DNA from: Gemmatimonadales bacterium
GTDB taxonomy: Bacteria > Gemmatimonadota > Gemmatimonadetes > Gemmatimonadales > GWC2-71-9
Reading direction: 5' to 3'
Assembly: GCA_965249575.1 (NCBI GenBank)
Contig: OZ252244.1
Span: 1,664,001 to 1,728,000, forward strand
Length of the DNA stretch: 64,000 bases
Positions 29,845-41,169 of this stretch are shown in pieces; position 1 is the stretch's first letter, and every line of letters begins with the position of its first letter. The notes under the pieces were generated by a model. The model searched no databases, was not told the DNA's origin, and saw nothing but the letters and a program-made list of their open reading frames with translations. The position numbers and the translations under genes are program-made.

Positions 29845-30981
29845 ATGGTCGCGGTGCTGAAGGAACAGCAGACTCACTTCGACGAGGTGTTGCGGCGGGC
29901 CGGCATCGCCCTGCAGGGCCGTGACGTCGGCGTCTGGGAAGTCAGAGCCAACGGGCGGGTTTCCCCCGTGGCGGTCAGTTCGTCCCATCGGTCGCCCACC
30001 GAGACGACCGTCGAGCTCGACAATGTCCTTGCTAGCTGGGGCATCGAGCGGGGCACCGGGAGCCGCTGGCTGGGCTGCCGGCTCGAACAGGGGGGGCAAT
30101 GGTGCGTCGCGCCCGTCCGGGCCGACGCCCCCGAGCCGCCCCCGGCCGGAATCGAGAGGCGCAGCCCGGAGCGGATGACGCTCGAGCTCGCGGGCCTCTG
30201 TATCGGCTTGATGGACGACACGACGGGGCGCGTCTCAGGGCATGCCTTACGCCAAGCAAACAGTCTCCTGCGGGAAAGCCAGGCTCGGCTCGATCTCCTG
30301 GCGCGGACGACGCCCGCGATTCTCTGGACGACCGACGCGGCACTTCGAATCACCTCCACATCGGGTGCCGGCCTGGAGGAAGTGGGCCTCACGCCCGATC
30401 AGCTCGTCGGCATCTCGCTGCTCGACGGCCCGAACGCGCTGGGCGCCCACGCCGACGCGATCAGCGCGCACATGCGGGCCCTTGGCGGCGATACCGCCTC
30501 CTATCGGATCGAGTGGACCGGACGGGTATACGACGCACGGGTCGAAGCACTCGTGGACGACCGGGGCGTCGTGACCGGAGTGGCGGGAATCAGTCGAGAC
30601 GTTACCGATCGCGAGCGAGCCATGCAGGCTCTCAAGCGCACGCAGCGGGAACTCGACGATCTCTTCGAAAACGCGCCGGTCGGCGTCAACTTCGTGGCTC
30701 GGGACGGTACGATCCTGCGGGCTAACAAGGCCGAGCTCCAGCTACTGGGGTACGAGCGGGGGAATTACGTCGGCCACAACATCCGCGAGTTCCACCTCGA
30801 CCCACAGGCCATCGACGACGCATTGTTCTGGCTCGAGGGCGGGCAGCAGCTCATGAACTACGAGGCCGCCGTCCGGCACGCCGATGGGTCCGACCGTAGG
30901 GTAGTCATCAGCTCCAACGCGATCTTCGAAGACGGGAAGCTGATGCACATGCGCTCGTTCACCAGGGCGGCTGCCGCTTAA
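29845..30981 (+). CDS. Cytoplasmic sensor: novel N-terminal domain plus two PAS/PAC domains, no output domain
   Basis: GGAGGAGG RBS; PAILWTTD..., SRDVTDRER, LFENAPVG..DGTILRAN. Confidence 0.85.
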   Translation: MVAVLKEQQTHFDEVLRRAGIALQGRDVGVWEVRANGRVSPVAVSSSHRSPTETTVELDNVLASWGIERGTGSRWLGCRLEQGGQWCVAPVRADAPEPPPAGIERRSPERMTLELAGLCIGLMDDTTGRVSGHALRQANSLLRESQARLDLLARTTPAILWTTDAALRITSTSGAGLEEVGLTPDQLVGISLLDGPNALGAHADAISAHMRALGGDTASYRIEWTGRVYDARVEALVDDRGVVTGVAGISRDVTDRERAMQALKRTQRELDDLFENAPVGVNFVARDGTILRANKAELQLLGYERGNYVGHNIREFHLDPQAIDDALFWLEGGQQLMNYEAAVRHADGSDRRVVISSNAIFEDGKLMHMRSFTRAAAA

Positions 30982-31278
30982 GGGATAGACCGAGCGTTCC
31001 AAAAAGCCCGGCGCGCTCGACGCCGGGCGCCGTTGAGCCCCGAAGTCTCCGATTCGTCCCGACCGGCGGCCCCACCCCAGATGGCCTCCCTAGGGCCAAA
31101 TCCCCCCGCGGCTTGCAGCTGCGGCACGCCAGTACGCCGGCACACCCGGCGAGCCGGAAGGCAAGTTCAAACTCAACCGGCACCTCGTGACCGGGTATAC
31201 TCGCCGCTAACGGAACCCGACCGTATCTTCACGTTGTCCCGCTACACAATGATCGAGTTCGGCCGTGAGGAGCACTAA

Positions 31279-31633
31279 ATGGGTCAGCCTGTGGTCCACT
31301 GGGAGCTATGGTCAAAGGATCCTGAACGGATCGGCGCCTCTTACGCGAAGGCATTCGACTGGAACGTCGACCACTTGAGTGAAATCGACTACCGCCTGGT
31401 CGACACCGGGGGCGAGAACGGTATCAACGGCGGAATCATGACGCCCAAGGAGGGGCCGTGGCCCGGCGATATGTGTCTGTATATCGCTGTGGACGACCTG
31501 AGTACCCACCGAAAGAAACTCGAGGCGGCCGGTGCCAAGATCATCGTGGAGCGGCAGGAGATGCCAAACGTCGGCGTTTTGCCTGTTTGAAGACCCCGAC
31601 GGCCGGGTGCGGGGCATTTGGCAGCAGGGGTGA
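31279..31633 (+). CDS. VOC/glyoxalase-family protein, frameshifted near 31578
   Basis: PVVHWEL, GINGGI, LYIAVDD, AGAKII; expected end LFEDPDGRVRGIWQQG* lies in the shifted frame. Confidence 0.85.
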
Positions 31634-31693
31634 GGCCGCGGCACCTCGAAACGACTCTAGATCAAACCAGGGCCTTCACGAACAGGAGATACC

Positions 31694-31897
31694 GTGGCAA
31701 AGGGACACGAACTGCTACACCGCATTCAGGAAGCCCTGAGCGGGTTCGAAAAGGCGGTCGTTCAGCGCGAGCATAAGAAGCCGATCCTCGACAGTGCCGT
31801 CATGCTCCAGGACGAAGTCGACAAACAGCGGCAAAACGTCGTGGACACGATAATACAGGTCATCAAGGACGCGCAGGGGGAATACCTAAAGAAGTAA
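31694..31897 (+). CDS. Small helical hypothetical protein (67 aa)
   Basis: AGGAG RBS before GTG; amphipathic-helix composition. Confidence 0.7.
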   Translation: MAKGHELLHRIQEALSGFEKAVVQREHKKPILDSAVMLQDEVDKQRQNVVDTIIQVIKDAQGEYLKK

Positions 31898-31910
31898 GGC
31901 GGTCCCCCCC

Positions 31911-32052
31911 CAGCCCACCCCCTCCCGAGTGAGCAGCAAGGAGTAAGGAGGCCGCCCGATCCCCTCCCGCGACACGTCCAAAGCAGGCCGAGACCGGGCC
32001 GGCGTGCTGCTCAATCGGCGCGGTCGGGTGTGGAAGCCTTCCTTCTGCTCAC
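31911..32052. repeat. Degenerate palindromic intergenic repeat, copy between convergent genes
   Basis: CAGCCCACCC (31911), GAGTGAGCAGCAAGGAGTAAGGAGGCC (31927-31953) and inverted CCTTCTGCTCAC (32041-32052). Confidence 0.65.
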
Positions 32053-32090
32053 CTCTCGCTCGGTGGTGAGGGGCGGGGAAGGCCTACTCT

Positions 32091-33452
32091 TCAGCTCACC
32101 CGCGCCGGTGCTGGCGCCCCGTCTGGGCCGTTGTCCCAGTCCTGTGCGCTCGAGGCGTTGGGCATACCCCACTGGTGGCCGTTCCACCCGTCGAACCCAT
32201 CCATCTTGAACGCCCAGAATCCCGTTCGATAGTCGCTGACCACGATCAAGCCGTCGGCATTGCGAATGTCGATGCCCCAAGCACCGTCGTAGATCCCGCC
32301 ACCGTCTCTGATCGCGCCGCCAAGGTCTTCGCCTTGCAGTTCGGGTCCCTCTTTAGTGTCGTAGTACGCGACGGTATACGGGTTGGTTGGGTCCATGACG
32401 TTCAGCACTTGGAGCGCGTCGTCCTGTGCCGCGATGAAGGCGTAGGGCCATCTCATCTCGAAGTTGTGGGTGGCCCCGTTCCACTTGGCAGTCCAGGCCC
32501 CGATGGGTCGGCTGATGGTTTGTACGTCGCCGTCCAGTCCGGGCTTCAGATCGAACACACGCACGGGCGCGTATTGATAGGTGGGTGCCGGCTCGAACAA
32601 GGCGTACCGCCCGTCGGGTGTAGGAACGAACGTGTGGCCGCCCGTGACTCCGGCGACACCCGTCACCGATGTGATCAACTCCGGCTGTTCCGGGATCGTC
32701 ACGTTGTACACCAGTGCTCCCCCACCGCCGGCGCCGTAGAACCTGTCCTGGCTGGTGCTCGGGTCGTAGGCGATGTAGAAGTCGTGATACCCACGTTGCC
32801 TCGCGGCGGGGTTCGCGGGGACCGGTACCCGGCCGATGAGGCCCTGGCTGCCGTCGCCGCTCAGGAACTTCTCCATGTCGTAGATGTTGGCCTGCGGTCC
32901 GTTCGTCGTGGCGAACAGCAGCACCCGCCCGTCGGAATGCTTGTACGCGAACAGGTTGTGAAACCCGCCGGGTATTTCCGGAACGCGGATGCGGCCGGCC
33001 TCCTCGATGGTCGCCGTGTCGGGGAGACCTGTGACGTCGAAGATCACAGCGCCCAGATCGACATCCGGACCACCGGCGCGGAACTGGAATGACTGCACGT
33101 CGTAGTAACGGCCGCGAAGCTTGAAATACCGATTGTCGAAGCCGCCGCGCTCTCCGTGTAGCTCCGGGTTCTCGATGATCCACCGGTAGAGGAGCTTCGG
33201 CTTGCTCGGATCCTTCAGCCCGATGATGAACATCCCCGCGTTCTCGTGGCGGTGCCCGACGTACGCATAGGGGCGGGCGAGTTCTTGCTCGATCTCGACG
33301 TCCGTCGTGCTGAACGGCGAGATCCGCTCGAGAAGCAGGTGGGACACGATCGTGATGTTGCTGCTGCCCTGCTCCCCTGGCGGGTGCTGTGCGAGCAGAG
33401 GGGATACCAGCAGGACCGCAGCAACGGATAGTGCTACGTTTCGCATGTTCAT
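32091..33452 (-). CDS. Secreted LVIVD-like beta-propeller protein, paralogue 1
   Basis: Signal peptide; VIFDVT/LQVLNVMDP.NP blade motifs; near-collinear with 41170..42621 and 50377..51798. Confidence 0.9.
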   Translation of the reverse strand: MNMRNVALSVAAVLLVSPLLAQHPPGEQGSSNITIVSHLLLERISPFSTTDVEIEQELARPYAYVGHRHENAGMFIIGLKDPSKPKLLYRWIIENPELHGERGGFDNRYFKLRGRYYDVQSFQFRAGGPDVDLGAVIFDVTGLPDTATIEEAGRIRVPEIPGGFHNLFAYKHSDGRVLLFATTNGPQANIYDMEKFLSGDGSQGLIGRVPVPANPAARQRGYHDFYIAYDPSTSQDRFYGAGGGGALVYNVTIPEQPELITSVTGVAGVTGGHTFVPTPDGRYALFEPAPTYQYAPVRVFDLKPGLDGDVQTISRPIGAWTAKWNGATHNFEMRWPYAFIAAQDDALQVLNVMDPTNPYTVAYYDTKEGPELQGEDLGGAIRDGGGIYDGAWGIDIRNADGLIVVSDYRTGFWAFKMDGFDGWNGHQWGMPNASSAQDWDNGPDGAPAPARVS

Positions 33453-33947
33453 TTCGCTTTCTCCCGAAGACGTAAAACGGAGCCGGCGAAGCGCGGAGTC
33501 CCTCCCTACTCGCTCCCCATTCGTGCGAACACGACACCAGCCCAACCGGGGGACCACCCCACGGTACTGGGGCGCGACCACGACGCTGTAGTGCCGCAGC
33601 CGCCCGTGTGTGAAGACCGGGAGCACAGAATGCGGTCGGCGACGCTCGATGCCAAGCGCCGCAAATGGACCACATGCCGCGGTTCGCTCACTCGATTGTA
33701 CTGCACGATTGGAATGGGATCACGCGGGGCGCTCGGCGCCGGAAGCCGACCTTCCAGTGACAGCGTGAACACGAGGGGGCGGAGCATGTCTCAATCTAGC
33801 GAGCGGTGAGGGTCTTCGGAGCGCCAGACCGGACACGGAAAAACGGGCGTTCCCCACGCCGACTTGTGTACCAACCGGCCGCTTGCTATATGGCACTTGG
33901 CGCTCGCGCCAGGCGACGCCAGGACCACGCACCGAAGGGATACGACA

Positions 33948-35702
33948 ATGGTCAAGCGTTGGAAGCTCGCCGCGACCTCGTTCGCGCTACCCGCGCTGGT
34001 GGCGGGGCACACCGGGGCCGTGCACGAGGAAGCCCCCGCGGCATCGGGCCCACGGTTCGCAGTTTCGTTTCCGGAAGCCAGGAGCGCCACGCCGCTGGAT
34101 GGAAGGCTGGTCATCATGGTTTCTTCCGACTCGACGGGGGAGCCGCGCTTTCAGATCCGGGATGGCGTGACGACGCAGCTCGCCTTTGCCATCGACGTGG
34201 ACGGTCTCTCACCAGGAGAAGACGCTGTCATCGATTCCGACGCATTCGGGTATCCGCTGCGGAGTATCAGTGCGATTCCGCCCGGCACGTATCGCGTCCA
34301 GGCGCTGCTGAACCGGTATGAGACATTTCACCGCGCCGACGGTCACGTCGTGAAGCTACCGCCAGACAGGGGCGAGGGTCAGCAATGGAGCCGGAAACCC
34401 GGCAATCTCTACAGCACTCCGCAGAACGTCGCGATCGACCCAGCGAGCGATGGGGTGATTCGCATCTCATTGGACGAAGAGATTCCCCCGATTCCCGATC
34501 CGGCCGAGACGCCGTGGATCAAGCACGAGCGCATTCAGAGCGCCCTACTCTCGGAGTTCTGGGGCCGGCCTGTGTATCTTGGCGCGCACGTCCTGCTGCC
34601 GCAGGGTTTCGACGCGCATCCCAACGCGCACTACCCTCTCGTCGTCAATCACGGCCACTTCCCCTACGATTTCGGTGGGTTCCGCGAGGCCCCGCCCGAT
34701 CCGGACCTCGAGCCGGACTACAGCGAGCGCTTCCGTCTCAGCGGTTACAACCGAATTCAACAGGAACACGCGCATCGATTCTATGAGGACTGGACCGGGC
34801 CGGGTTTCCCGAGGGTCCTGCTGATCAAGGTCCAGCATCCGACCCCTTATTACGACGATTCCTACGCGGTGAACTCGGCGAACAACGGCCCGTATGGGGA
34901 TGCCATAACCCACGAGCTGATCCCGTACCTCGAGGAGAAATACCGGGGCCTGGGCGAGGGATGGGCGCGCTTTCTCTATGGAGGCTCCACGGGTGGGTGG
35001 GAGGCCATGGCGGTCCAGGTGTTCTACCCGGAGGAATACAACGGCGCGTGGATCGCTTGTCCCGATCCGATCGACTTCCGGGCGAACACAGTCGTCAACA
35101 TCTACGAGGATGAAAACGCCTACTACCTGGACAGCCAATGGAAGCGAACGCCGCGGCCCGGGCGCCGTGACTGGCTGGGCCACGTGAGCGCGACGCTCGA
35201 GGAAATGAATCACCGGGAACTCGTGCTCGGCACCAAGGGGCGTTCCGGACAGCAGTGGGACATTTGGCAGGCGGTCTACTCCCCGGTCGGGGACGACGGC
35301 TACCCCCGACCGATCTGGGACAAGCTCACCGGAGTCGTCGATCCCACCGTTGCCGCATATTGGCGCGAGAACTACGACCTCTCGTACATCCTACGCCGGG
35401 ATTGGGCCACCCTCGGAGAAAAGCTCCGCGGCAAGCTGTTCATTTACGTCGGCGACATGGACAACTACTACCTCAACAACGCGGTCTATCTCGTGGAGGA
35501 TTTCCTCGAGGATACGACCGACCCGCCCTACGAGGGTGAGGTCGACTACGGCGATGGCGACGAGCATTGCTGGAACGGCGATCAAAGCCGTCCAAACGCG
35601 CTCTCGCGGCTGCGCTATCACCAGATGTTCATCCCGCGCATCATGGACCAGATTCGGAAGAACGGGCCGGCTGACGCGGACACCTTGAGCTGGAGGTATT
35701 GA
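33948..35702 (+). CDS. Secreted alpha/beta-hydrolase (esterase-like) with N-terminal beta-sandwich
   Basis: Signal peptide; SALLSEFWGR, NSANNGPYGD, GGSTGGW nucleophile elbow, GDMD, EHCW. Confidence 0.85.
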   Translation: MVKRWKLAATSFALPALVAGHTGAVHEEAPAASGPRFAVSFPEARSATPLDGRLVIMVSSDSTGEPRFQIRDGVTTQLAFAIDVDGLSPGEDAVIDSDAFGYPLRSISAIPPGTYRVQALLNRYETFHRADGHVVKLPPDRGEGQQWSRKPGNLYSTPQNVAIDPASDGVIRISLDEEIPPIPDPAETPWIKHERIQSALLSEFWGRPVYLGAHVLLPQGFDAHPNAHYPLVVNHGHFPYDFGGFREAPPDPDLEPDYSERFRLSGYNRIQQEHAHRFYEDWTGPGFPRVLLIKVQHPTPYYDDSYAVNSANNGPYGDAITHELIPYLEEKYRGLGEGWARFLYGGSTGGWEAMAVQVFYPEEYNGAWIACPDPIDFRANTVVNIYEDENAYYLDSQWKRTPRPGRRDWLGHVSATLEEMNHRELVLGTKGRSGQQWDIWQAVYSPVGDDGYPRPIWDKLTGVVDPTVAAYWRENYDLSYILRRDWATLGEKLRGKLFIYVGDMDNYYLNNAVYLVEDFLEDTTDPPYEGEVDYGDGDEHCWNGDQSRPNALSRLRYHQMFIPRIMDQIRKNGPADADTLSWRY

Positions 35703-35729
35703 GTAGGGAGTAGGGATTGCGACCAGGGC

Positions 35730-36977
35730 TTACTGCGCTGCACTCCTCGCTTCGAGCTCGGCGTCGATCCGATCCCCGATTTCGCGAGCCTGTGCGAGGA
35801 TGCTGGTGAGGTCGTTCACCGATCCCTCTCCTGCTTGCAGCCGCAGGAGTTCCACACGCACGTTCTCCAGAGCCGTAACTGCGGTCACCAGTGTTCCGTC
35901 CGCGCCGCCCACCCTACGAAGCTCTTCGGCGTCGTTCTCCAGGCAGTGGATGACCTTCCGAGCCCCCGGCAACCGGGACCGGACATCGCCCGGAAGGGAT
36001 TCGTACAGCTCCACTGCGGCTCGGCCGAGGATGGTCTCGGTCGCCTCGGCGGACGGAACCGCGGGACGCCGTCGCGATCGCACGCCCAGACCAGCCACCT
36101 TGAAGAAGAAGCGTCCGAACCGGCCGGCCCAGATTCGATGCCAGAACCCATTGAGGCGCCGCATGAACTTGCGCTGACCGGCGGCGTCGGCCTCCTCTTC
36201 CTGTGCCGAGGCTTCCGCGAGCAGGGCCGCACGAATATCCCCGAACGCATAACCATCCCGAAGCAGCCTGCGCGCCACCGAGAGTAGCTGGACCAGTAGT
36301 ACGATCAGCAGCAGGTCCACGATCCCCGGGTTACTGCTCCCCTGCCCGACCAGCGCGGCCGTGATGAACACGGCGGTCGTGACCTGAGCGTTCCTTAGGA
36401 AATTGCGTACCAACGGCGGCGCCCTCAGCTCTCGCCCCCGTAACTCGCCGATCGCCTCGGCAATCTCGTTTCCGGTCTGGAACCGCGCCTCGGAGTCCTT
36501 TGCGAGACACCGGTCCACCAGCGCCGCGAGCTTGGGCGGGAGATCCTCCCTCACCGAAGCCATCGGCGGTGCGGGCTCGGCAACGTGCTTCGCCAGGAGC
36601 GCGGACACATTGGGCGCTTCGAAGGGAGCGTGGCCGGTCAGCCCGAAGAACGCCGTCGCTCCCAGGGAGTAGAGATCGCTCCGCGCATCCACCTCGTCGC
36701 CCGAGGCCTGCTCGGGACTCATGTATCGGGCCGTCCCGACGACCTCGCCCCGTGGCGTGGAGTCCGCCGTGTCAACGAGCCGGGCGATTCCAAAGTCGGT
36801 GACCAGTGCGCGCCCGCTGGCTCGCTCGATCATGATATTGTCGGGTTTGACGTCTCGGTGGACGATCCCGTTGTCGTGAGCGTACGTCAGCGCCCACGCC
36901 ACCTCCTGTAGCATCCGCATCGTCACCCTGGGACTCACCGGTCCCGTGCGACGCACGCGTTCCCGCAATGTCTCTCG
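35730..36977 (-). pseudogene. Ser/Thr protein kinase lacking the N-lobe (5'-truncated)
   Basis: Begins at ETLRERV; has HRDVKPDN, DFGIAR, GTARYMSPEQ but no GxGxxG or VAIK; upstream DNA is non-homologous and repeat-like. Confidence 0.8.
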
Positions 36978-37050
36978 AGTCGGGTGGATTCGCTCACTGC
37001 TCTCGGCAGATTGCTGACGGTACACTCGGGCGGTGTAGGTGGAGCGGCAC

Positions 37051-38233
37051 TCAGAATGCTGCCTCGAAACGCGCGATCAGCGCCTGGATGCCGAGATCGG
37101 TTCCGCGGGCAGCGTCGCGGCCGCCCGCGTTAGTGACCACCAGCATCGCCACGTCCCGCGCAGGAGCGATCCAAACGGTCGCGAACCAAAGCGTGTTGGT
37201 CCCTGTCCCTTGTGGGTGAGGGCGCGGCCCTGCGCCCAGCCTCGCTCCGTGACGCCCCACCCCAACGCATAGTCCGTCCCCGGCGCCGGCTCGTGCAGCT
37301 TCGTAAAGGTCGCCGCCGTTACGAGGCCGTCGGCGCCGCGAGCTCCGGCCAGGTGCGCGGCCATGTACAGAGCATAGTCGGCCATGGCACTGTGGACGGT
37401 GCCCGAGGGCCCGATGGCCCGCGGGTTGTCGGCGTCCGGCCCAGGAGACAGCGGGACCCACTCACCATTCTCACGGAGGTGGCCGCGAGGTTCGTCCGGC
37501 CCCACTCCCGGTGACCCCGGCGGTCCAAAGCCGGTAGACGCCATTCCGAGAGGCGCGAACAACTCCCGTTGCATCAAATCCTCCCAGGCGTCCCCCGTTA
37601 CCTCCTCGAGCATCGCGCCGGCCACGATGTAGCCCGCGTTGGGGTACAGGTGCGTTCCGCGTGACACCTGGGGTTCCAGCGAAAGCAACTCGGCGGCCCA
37701 GCGGCGGCGCTGCTGACGAGCGAGCTGGTGTCGCTCCTCAGCGAAGGCCAGAGGGGCACGCGCGTCACGTCGTCGGGCAGACCCGACGTGTGGTACAGAA
37801 GCTCATCGAGAGAGGCAGACAGGTACTCCGACCGGATACCGCCGACCAGATCGGGAAAGACCGACTCGACGGTGGTGCTCCATGACGTGACGCCCTGCTC
37901 CACGAGCCTCGCCGCCACAGTAGCGGTCATGGCCTTGGTGAGAGAGCCCAAGTGCCAACGATCGCCGGTGGTCACCGGCTCGGCCGAGCCTTCGGCCCGG
38001 AGGCCCACAGCTCCGGTCTCGACCACTTGGGACCCGCGCAGGAGCACCGCCCCCAGCGATGGAAGTCCGTTCCCCACACGTATGAACTCCAGCGCCGCCT
38101 CGAGATCGGCGTCCCCGGCCGAACCGACGTCGTCGGGCAAGCCAGTGCCGTCCTCGCAGCCCGTGCTCAGCGCCAAAACGAGCGTCGCCAGCGCGACGAC
38201 CTCGAGCAGGTTCCTCAGCTTCGAAGCTCGCAT
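37051..38233 (-). CDS. Lipoprotein serine hydrolase (beta-lactamase-like) with two frameshifts (about 37714 and 37205)
   Basis: Lipobox STGC; SLTK (SxxK), LLYHTSGLP, YPN, LGMASTGFG, TH.G..NTLW spread over three frames. Confidence 0.85.
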
Positions 38234-38593
38234 GCCAAAGGTATGCCCGAGATCGGCTCGCCCGGGGGGTGCTGTCGTCCAAGGAGGAGACCGAGGCGCC
38301 CCGGAGTGTGAGGGCCGCGGCCACGGACGTAACGAACCTGCCATAGCCCGTCATGAAGGTTTCGCTCCGCCTAGGCGTGGAACGCGGGGATCCCGACGCG
38401 GCCAACCGGCGCCACCGCGTGTTCCACTCAAAGTGATGGCGCTCGAAGTGTTGGGCAAGGAAACGCTCGCGGACGAGGCGGGGGGCGGCCATCCGCCTTG
38501 ATAAAGTTCGACAGGGCTAACAGTCCTGGGGACCAACCTGTCGCTTCAGGGGTAAGGTGCCGTGATGGGCGATACGACGAGAGCGAGGATCTC

Positions 38594-39247
38594 ATGATTA
38601 ACGCCAGGCTCCCGGTGGTGGCTGCTTTTGCGCTCACCACCCTGTGGGTCGCGGATCCAGCCCTGGGCCAGGAACGCGACCTGAGTGGACGGTGGACCCT
38701 CAAGGAACCGGCTGACAGCATCGAGCGAGGTGGCCTGGTGGACGATCTAACGGGGCCGGATCGCGCGGAGCGCGGCCCACCGGGGGCTGGCGGTGTGCAA
38801 CCCGGGTTTGGCGGTCGAGGAGGGCGCGGCGGTTTCGGACGTCCGCGAGGGCGGGGCGGACCTCGGGAGTTGAGCGAAGAAGATCGGGCGCGCACGCGAA
38901 TACTCATGCGCGCCGCCAGGCCCTACCGTTCGTTCGAGTTCCGTCAAGACGACTCCACGATCGTCCTGACCGCCGGGCGATCTGAGTCGCTCACGCTCTA
39001 CCTCGACGGCCGCAAATTGAAAACGAAGATTGACGAAGAGACCGAGCGCGAAGTCAAAGCGAAGTGGGACGACGGCGAGTTGGTTGTGGAGCAGAAGATC
39101 GACGGCGTGGGCGAGATCGAGCGTCGCTACGGTATCGCCGACAGTGGGCTGTTCATGCGGGTGGAGACGCGCGTGGAGGGTGGTAGGCTCCCTGGAGCCA
39201 TCGATCGCGTGCAGATGTATCGAAAAATCACGGCCGAGGAGCTGTAG
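38594..39247 (+). CDS. Secreted beta-barrel/lipocalin-like hypothetical protein with RGG-rich insert
   Basis: Signal peptide ALG-Q; DLSGRWTL start; KAKWDDGELVVE; GGRGGRGG low-complexity loop. Confidence 0.75.
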   Translation: MINARLPVVAAFALTTLWVADPALGQERDLSGRWTLKEPADSIERGGLVDDLTGPDRAERGPPGAGGVQPGFGGRGGRGGFGRPRGRGGPRELSEEDRARTRILMRAARPYRSFEFRQDDSTIVLTAGRSESLTLYLDGRKLKTKIDEETEREVKAKWDDGELVVEQKIDGVGEIERRYGIADSGLFMRVETRVEGGRLPGAIDRVQMYRKITAEEL

Positions 39248-39409
39248 AGAGCGGCCACCTCCGATCCATCGTCCCCTCGTTTCTTCCCACTTCCCACCGC
39301 CGGCGCTACGTTTGCGCACGACTTGGCACCGGCGGTGGACTCCGGCCCAACCGTTGCCATTTACCCCAAGACCCCGGGGCGGACGACCGAACGTCAACAG
39401 GTATCGAGG

Positions 39410-40603
39410 ATGAAGCGCGAACCCTCCGACGGACCGGGCGGCACCTTCAGGCAGGCGCTGGTTGGTTCGCTCATCACTGCCGGCGCCGTACTCGCCACAC
39501 TGCTCATGGCAGAGCTGGGCCTCCGCACGTTCGCACCCGTATCCGATCCCTACGCACGGGAAAAGGTCCGTAGCATCAACCGATTCATTCGCACCGACCA
39601 CGCGCCACGCGATTCAGTGAAGCTAGACATCGACGAGGGGCTGCCGGGCGTGCGGCTAGAGGGTGCCTTCACGACCAACAACAAAGGCTATCGGGGCCCC
39701 CCCATTGACGTGCCGAAGCCCGCGAACGAGTGGCGGGTCTACATGGTGGGCGGCAGTACCGTAGAGACGTTCATAATCGACGATCGGGAGAGCCTCGACG
39801 CCGTTTCGCAGCGCGAGCTACAACACCGCGTCACGGGCGACCGGCGCGTCAGGGTGTTCAATGCGGGCGTCAGCGGGCATCGAAGCGACGATCACGTATC
39901 GCTGATCGTGCACCGGATCCTTCATCAGGAACCCGACGTCGTCACGGTGCTCGCCGGCGTCAACGATCTCATCGCCGCGATTTACGAAATGGACTACGAA
40001 CACTATGGCGCCGATTTTCGGAGCGAGGAGCCCGATTTCGACTTCAATGCGCTCACCAAGATGCTCGCCACCGAGTTTCAGCTCCCGAGGCGCGTCGTCT
40101 ACGGCGTTCGGCGGCTGCGCACGGGAGGCTCCGGCCTGATTGCCGATGGCGTAGCGCGTTCGAACTACCGGCCGGCGATTGCGCGCCTCCAATCGAGCCC
40201 GACCGCCCCGCGCCCGCCCCGGACCGACGTGGAGTCCTACGTGCGGAACCTGCGCACGATTGTAGGAGCCGCTGCAGCCCACGGCGTACAACTGATCTTC
40301 ATGACGCAGCCCTCCACCTGGAACAGCAGGAGCGATCCCGACGCGAACAACTGGCACTGGCTGCGCCGCGCCGCCGGTTTCACATATCCAGAAGCATCCG
40401 CCGACGCCGCACTCGAGCAATACAACGACGCCATGCGACGTGTCGCCGCGGAAACCGGAGTCCCGCTTTTCGATCTTGCGGCCTCGATTCCGAAGTCGCT
40501 CGACTACTTCTTCGACGACGTCCACCTCAATGTGCAAGGCGCTAAACGCGTTGCGACCGATCTTGCATCGTTCATGGACGGCCGCGGGCTGCTGTCTCGA
40601 TGA
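39410..40603 (+). CDS. Membrane-anchored SGNH/GDSL hydrolase
   Basis: N-terminal TM; GGST block I, NAGVSG, GVND, DDVH..G. Confidence 0.9.
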   Translation: MKREPSDGPGGTFRQALVGSLITAGAVLATLLMAELGLRTFAPVSDPYAREKVRSINRFIRTDHAPRDSVKLDIDEGLPGVRLEGAFTTNNKGYRGPPIDVPKPANEWRVYMVGGSTVETFIIDDRESLDAVSQRELQHRVTGDRRVRVFNAGVSGHRSDDHVSLIVHRILHQEPDVVTVLAGVNDLIAAIYEMDYEHYGADFRSEEPDFDFNALTKMLATEFQLPRRVVYGVRRLRTGGSGLIADGVARSNYRPAIARLQSSPTAPRPPRTDVESYVRNLRTIVGAAAAHGVQLIFMTQPSTWNSRSDPDANNWHWLRRAAGFTYPEASADAALEQYNDAMRRVAAETGVPLFDLAASIPKSLDYFFDDVHLNVQGAKRVATDLASFMDGRGLLSR

Positions 40604-41150
40604 ACCTCCCGGCTTGGCTACGAGCGGCACGTTCCAGTTGGGAATACACCGGACGGGATCGCCCGCCGTTTGCGGCGATTCCGAAACGGGACAGGAGTCC
40701 GCGTGGGACTATCCGCGGCCGCCCAGATTGGCGAGCGACGACCGGAGGGTAGTGGTCAAGGTGAACGAAACGGTCGTGGCGGACACGCGAAGTGCGGTCC
40801 GCATTCTCGAAACGGCAAGCCCGCCTCCCTTTTACCTGCCGCCAGAAGCCGTAGACAGGGCCCTGCTCGAGCCGGGCGCCGACGCGTCGATGTGCGAGTG
40901 GAAGGGAGAAGCAGTGTACTGGTCGCTCCGTCTGCCCGACACGCTGCTCGAGCACATTGGGTGGAGCTACCCTCGGCCATTCCCCGAATACGAGCGCATC
41001 CGGGACTACTTCTCGTTCTACCCGGCGCGAATCGCATGCTACGTCGGTCCGCATCGGGTAGAACCACAGCCCGGCAACTTCTACGGCGGTTGGGTCACTC
41101 CGGAAGTCGTCGGTCCGTTCAAGGGCGTGCCGGGCTCCGCGGGATGGTGA
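40600..41150 (+). CDS. DUF427 (NTP_transf_9)-family protein, frameshifted near 40688
   Basis: ATGA overlap start MNLPAWLRAARSSWEYTG..RPPFA; GQESAWDYPRPP, LETASPP.FY, CEWKG.A.YW, FYGGWVT, GPFKG in the next frame. Confidence 0.85.
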
Positions 41151-41169
41151 CCGTCGCTCAGCCCGGTTC

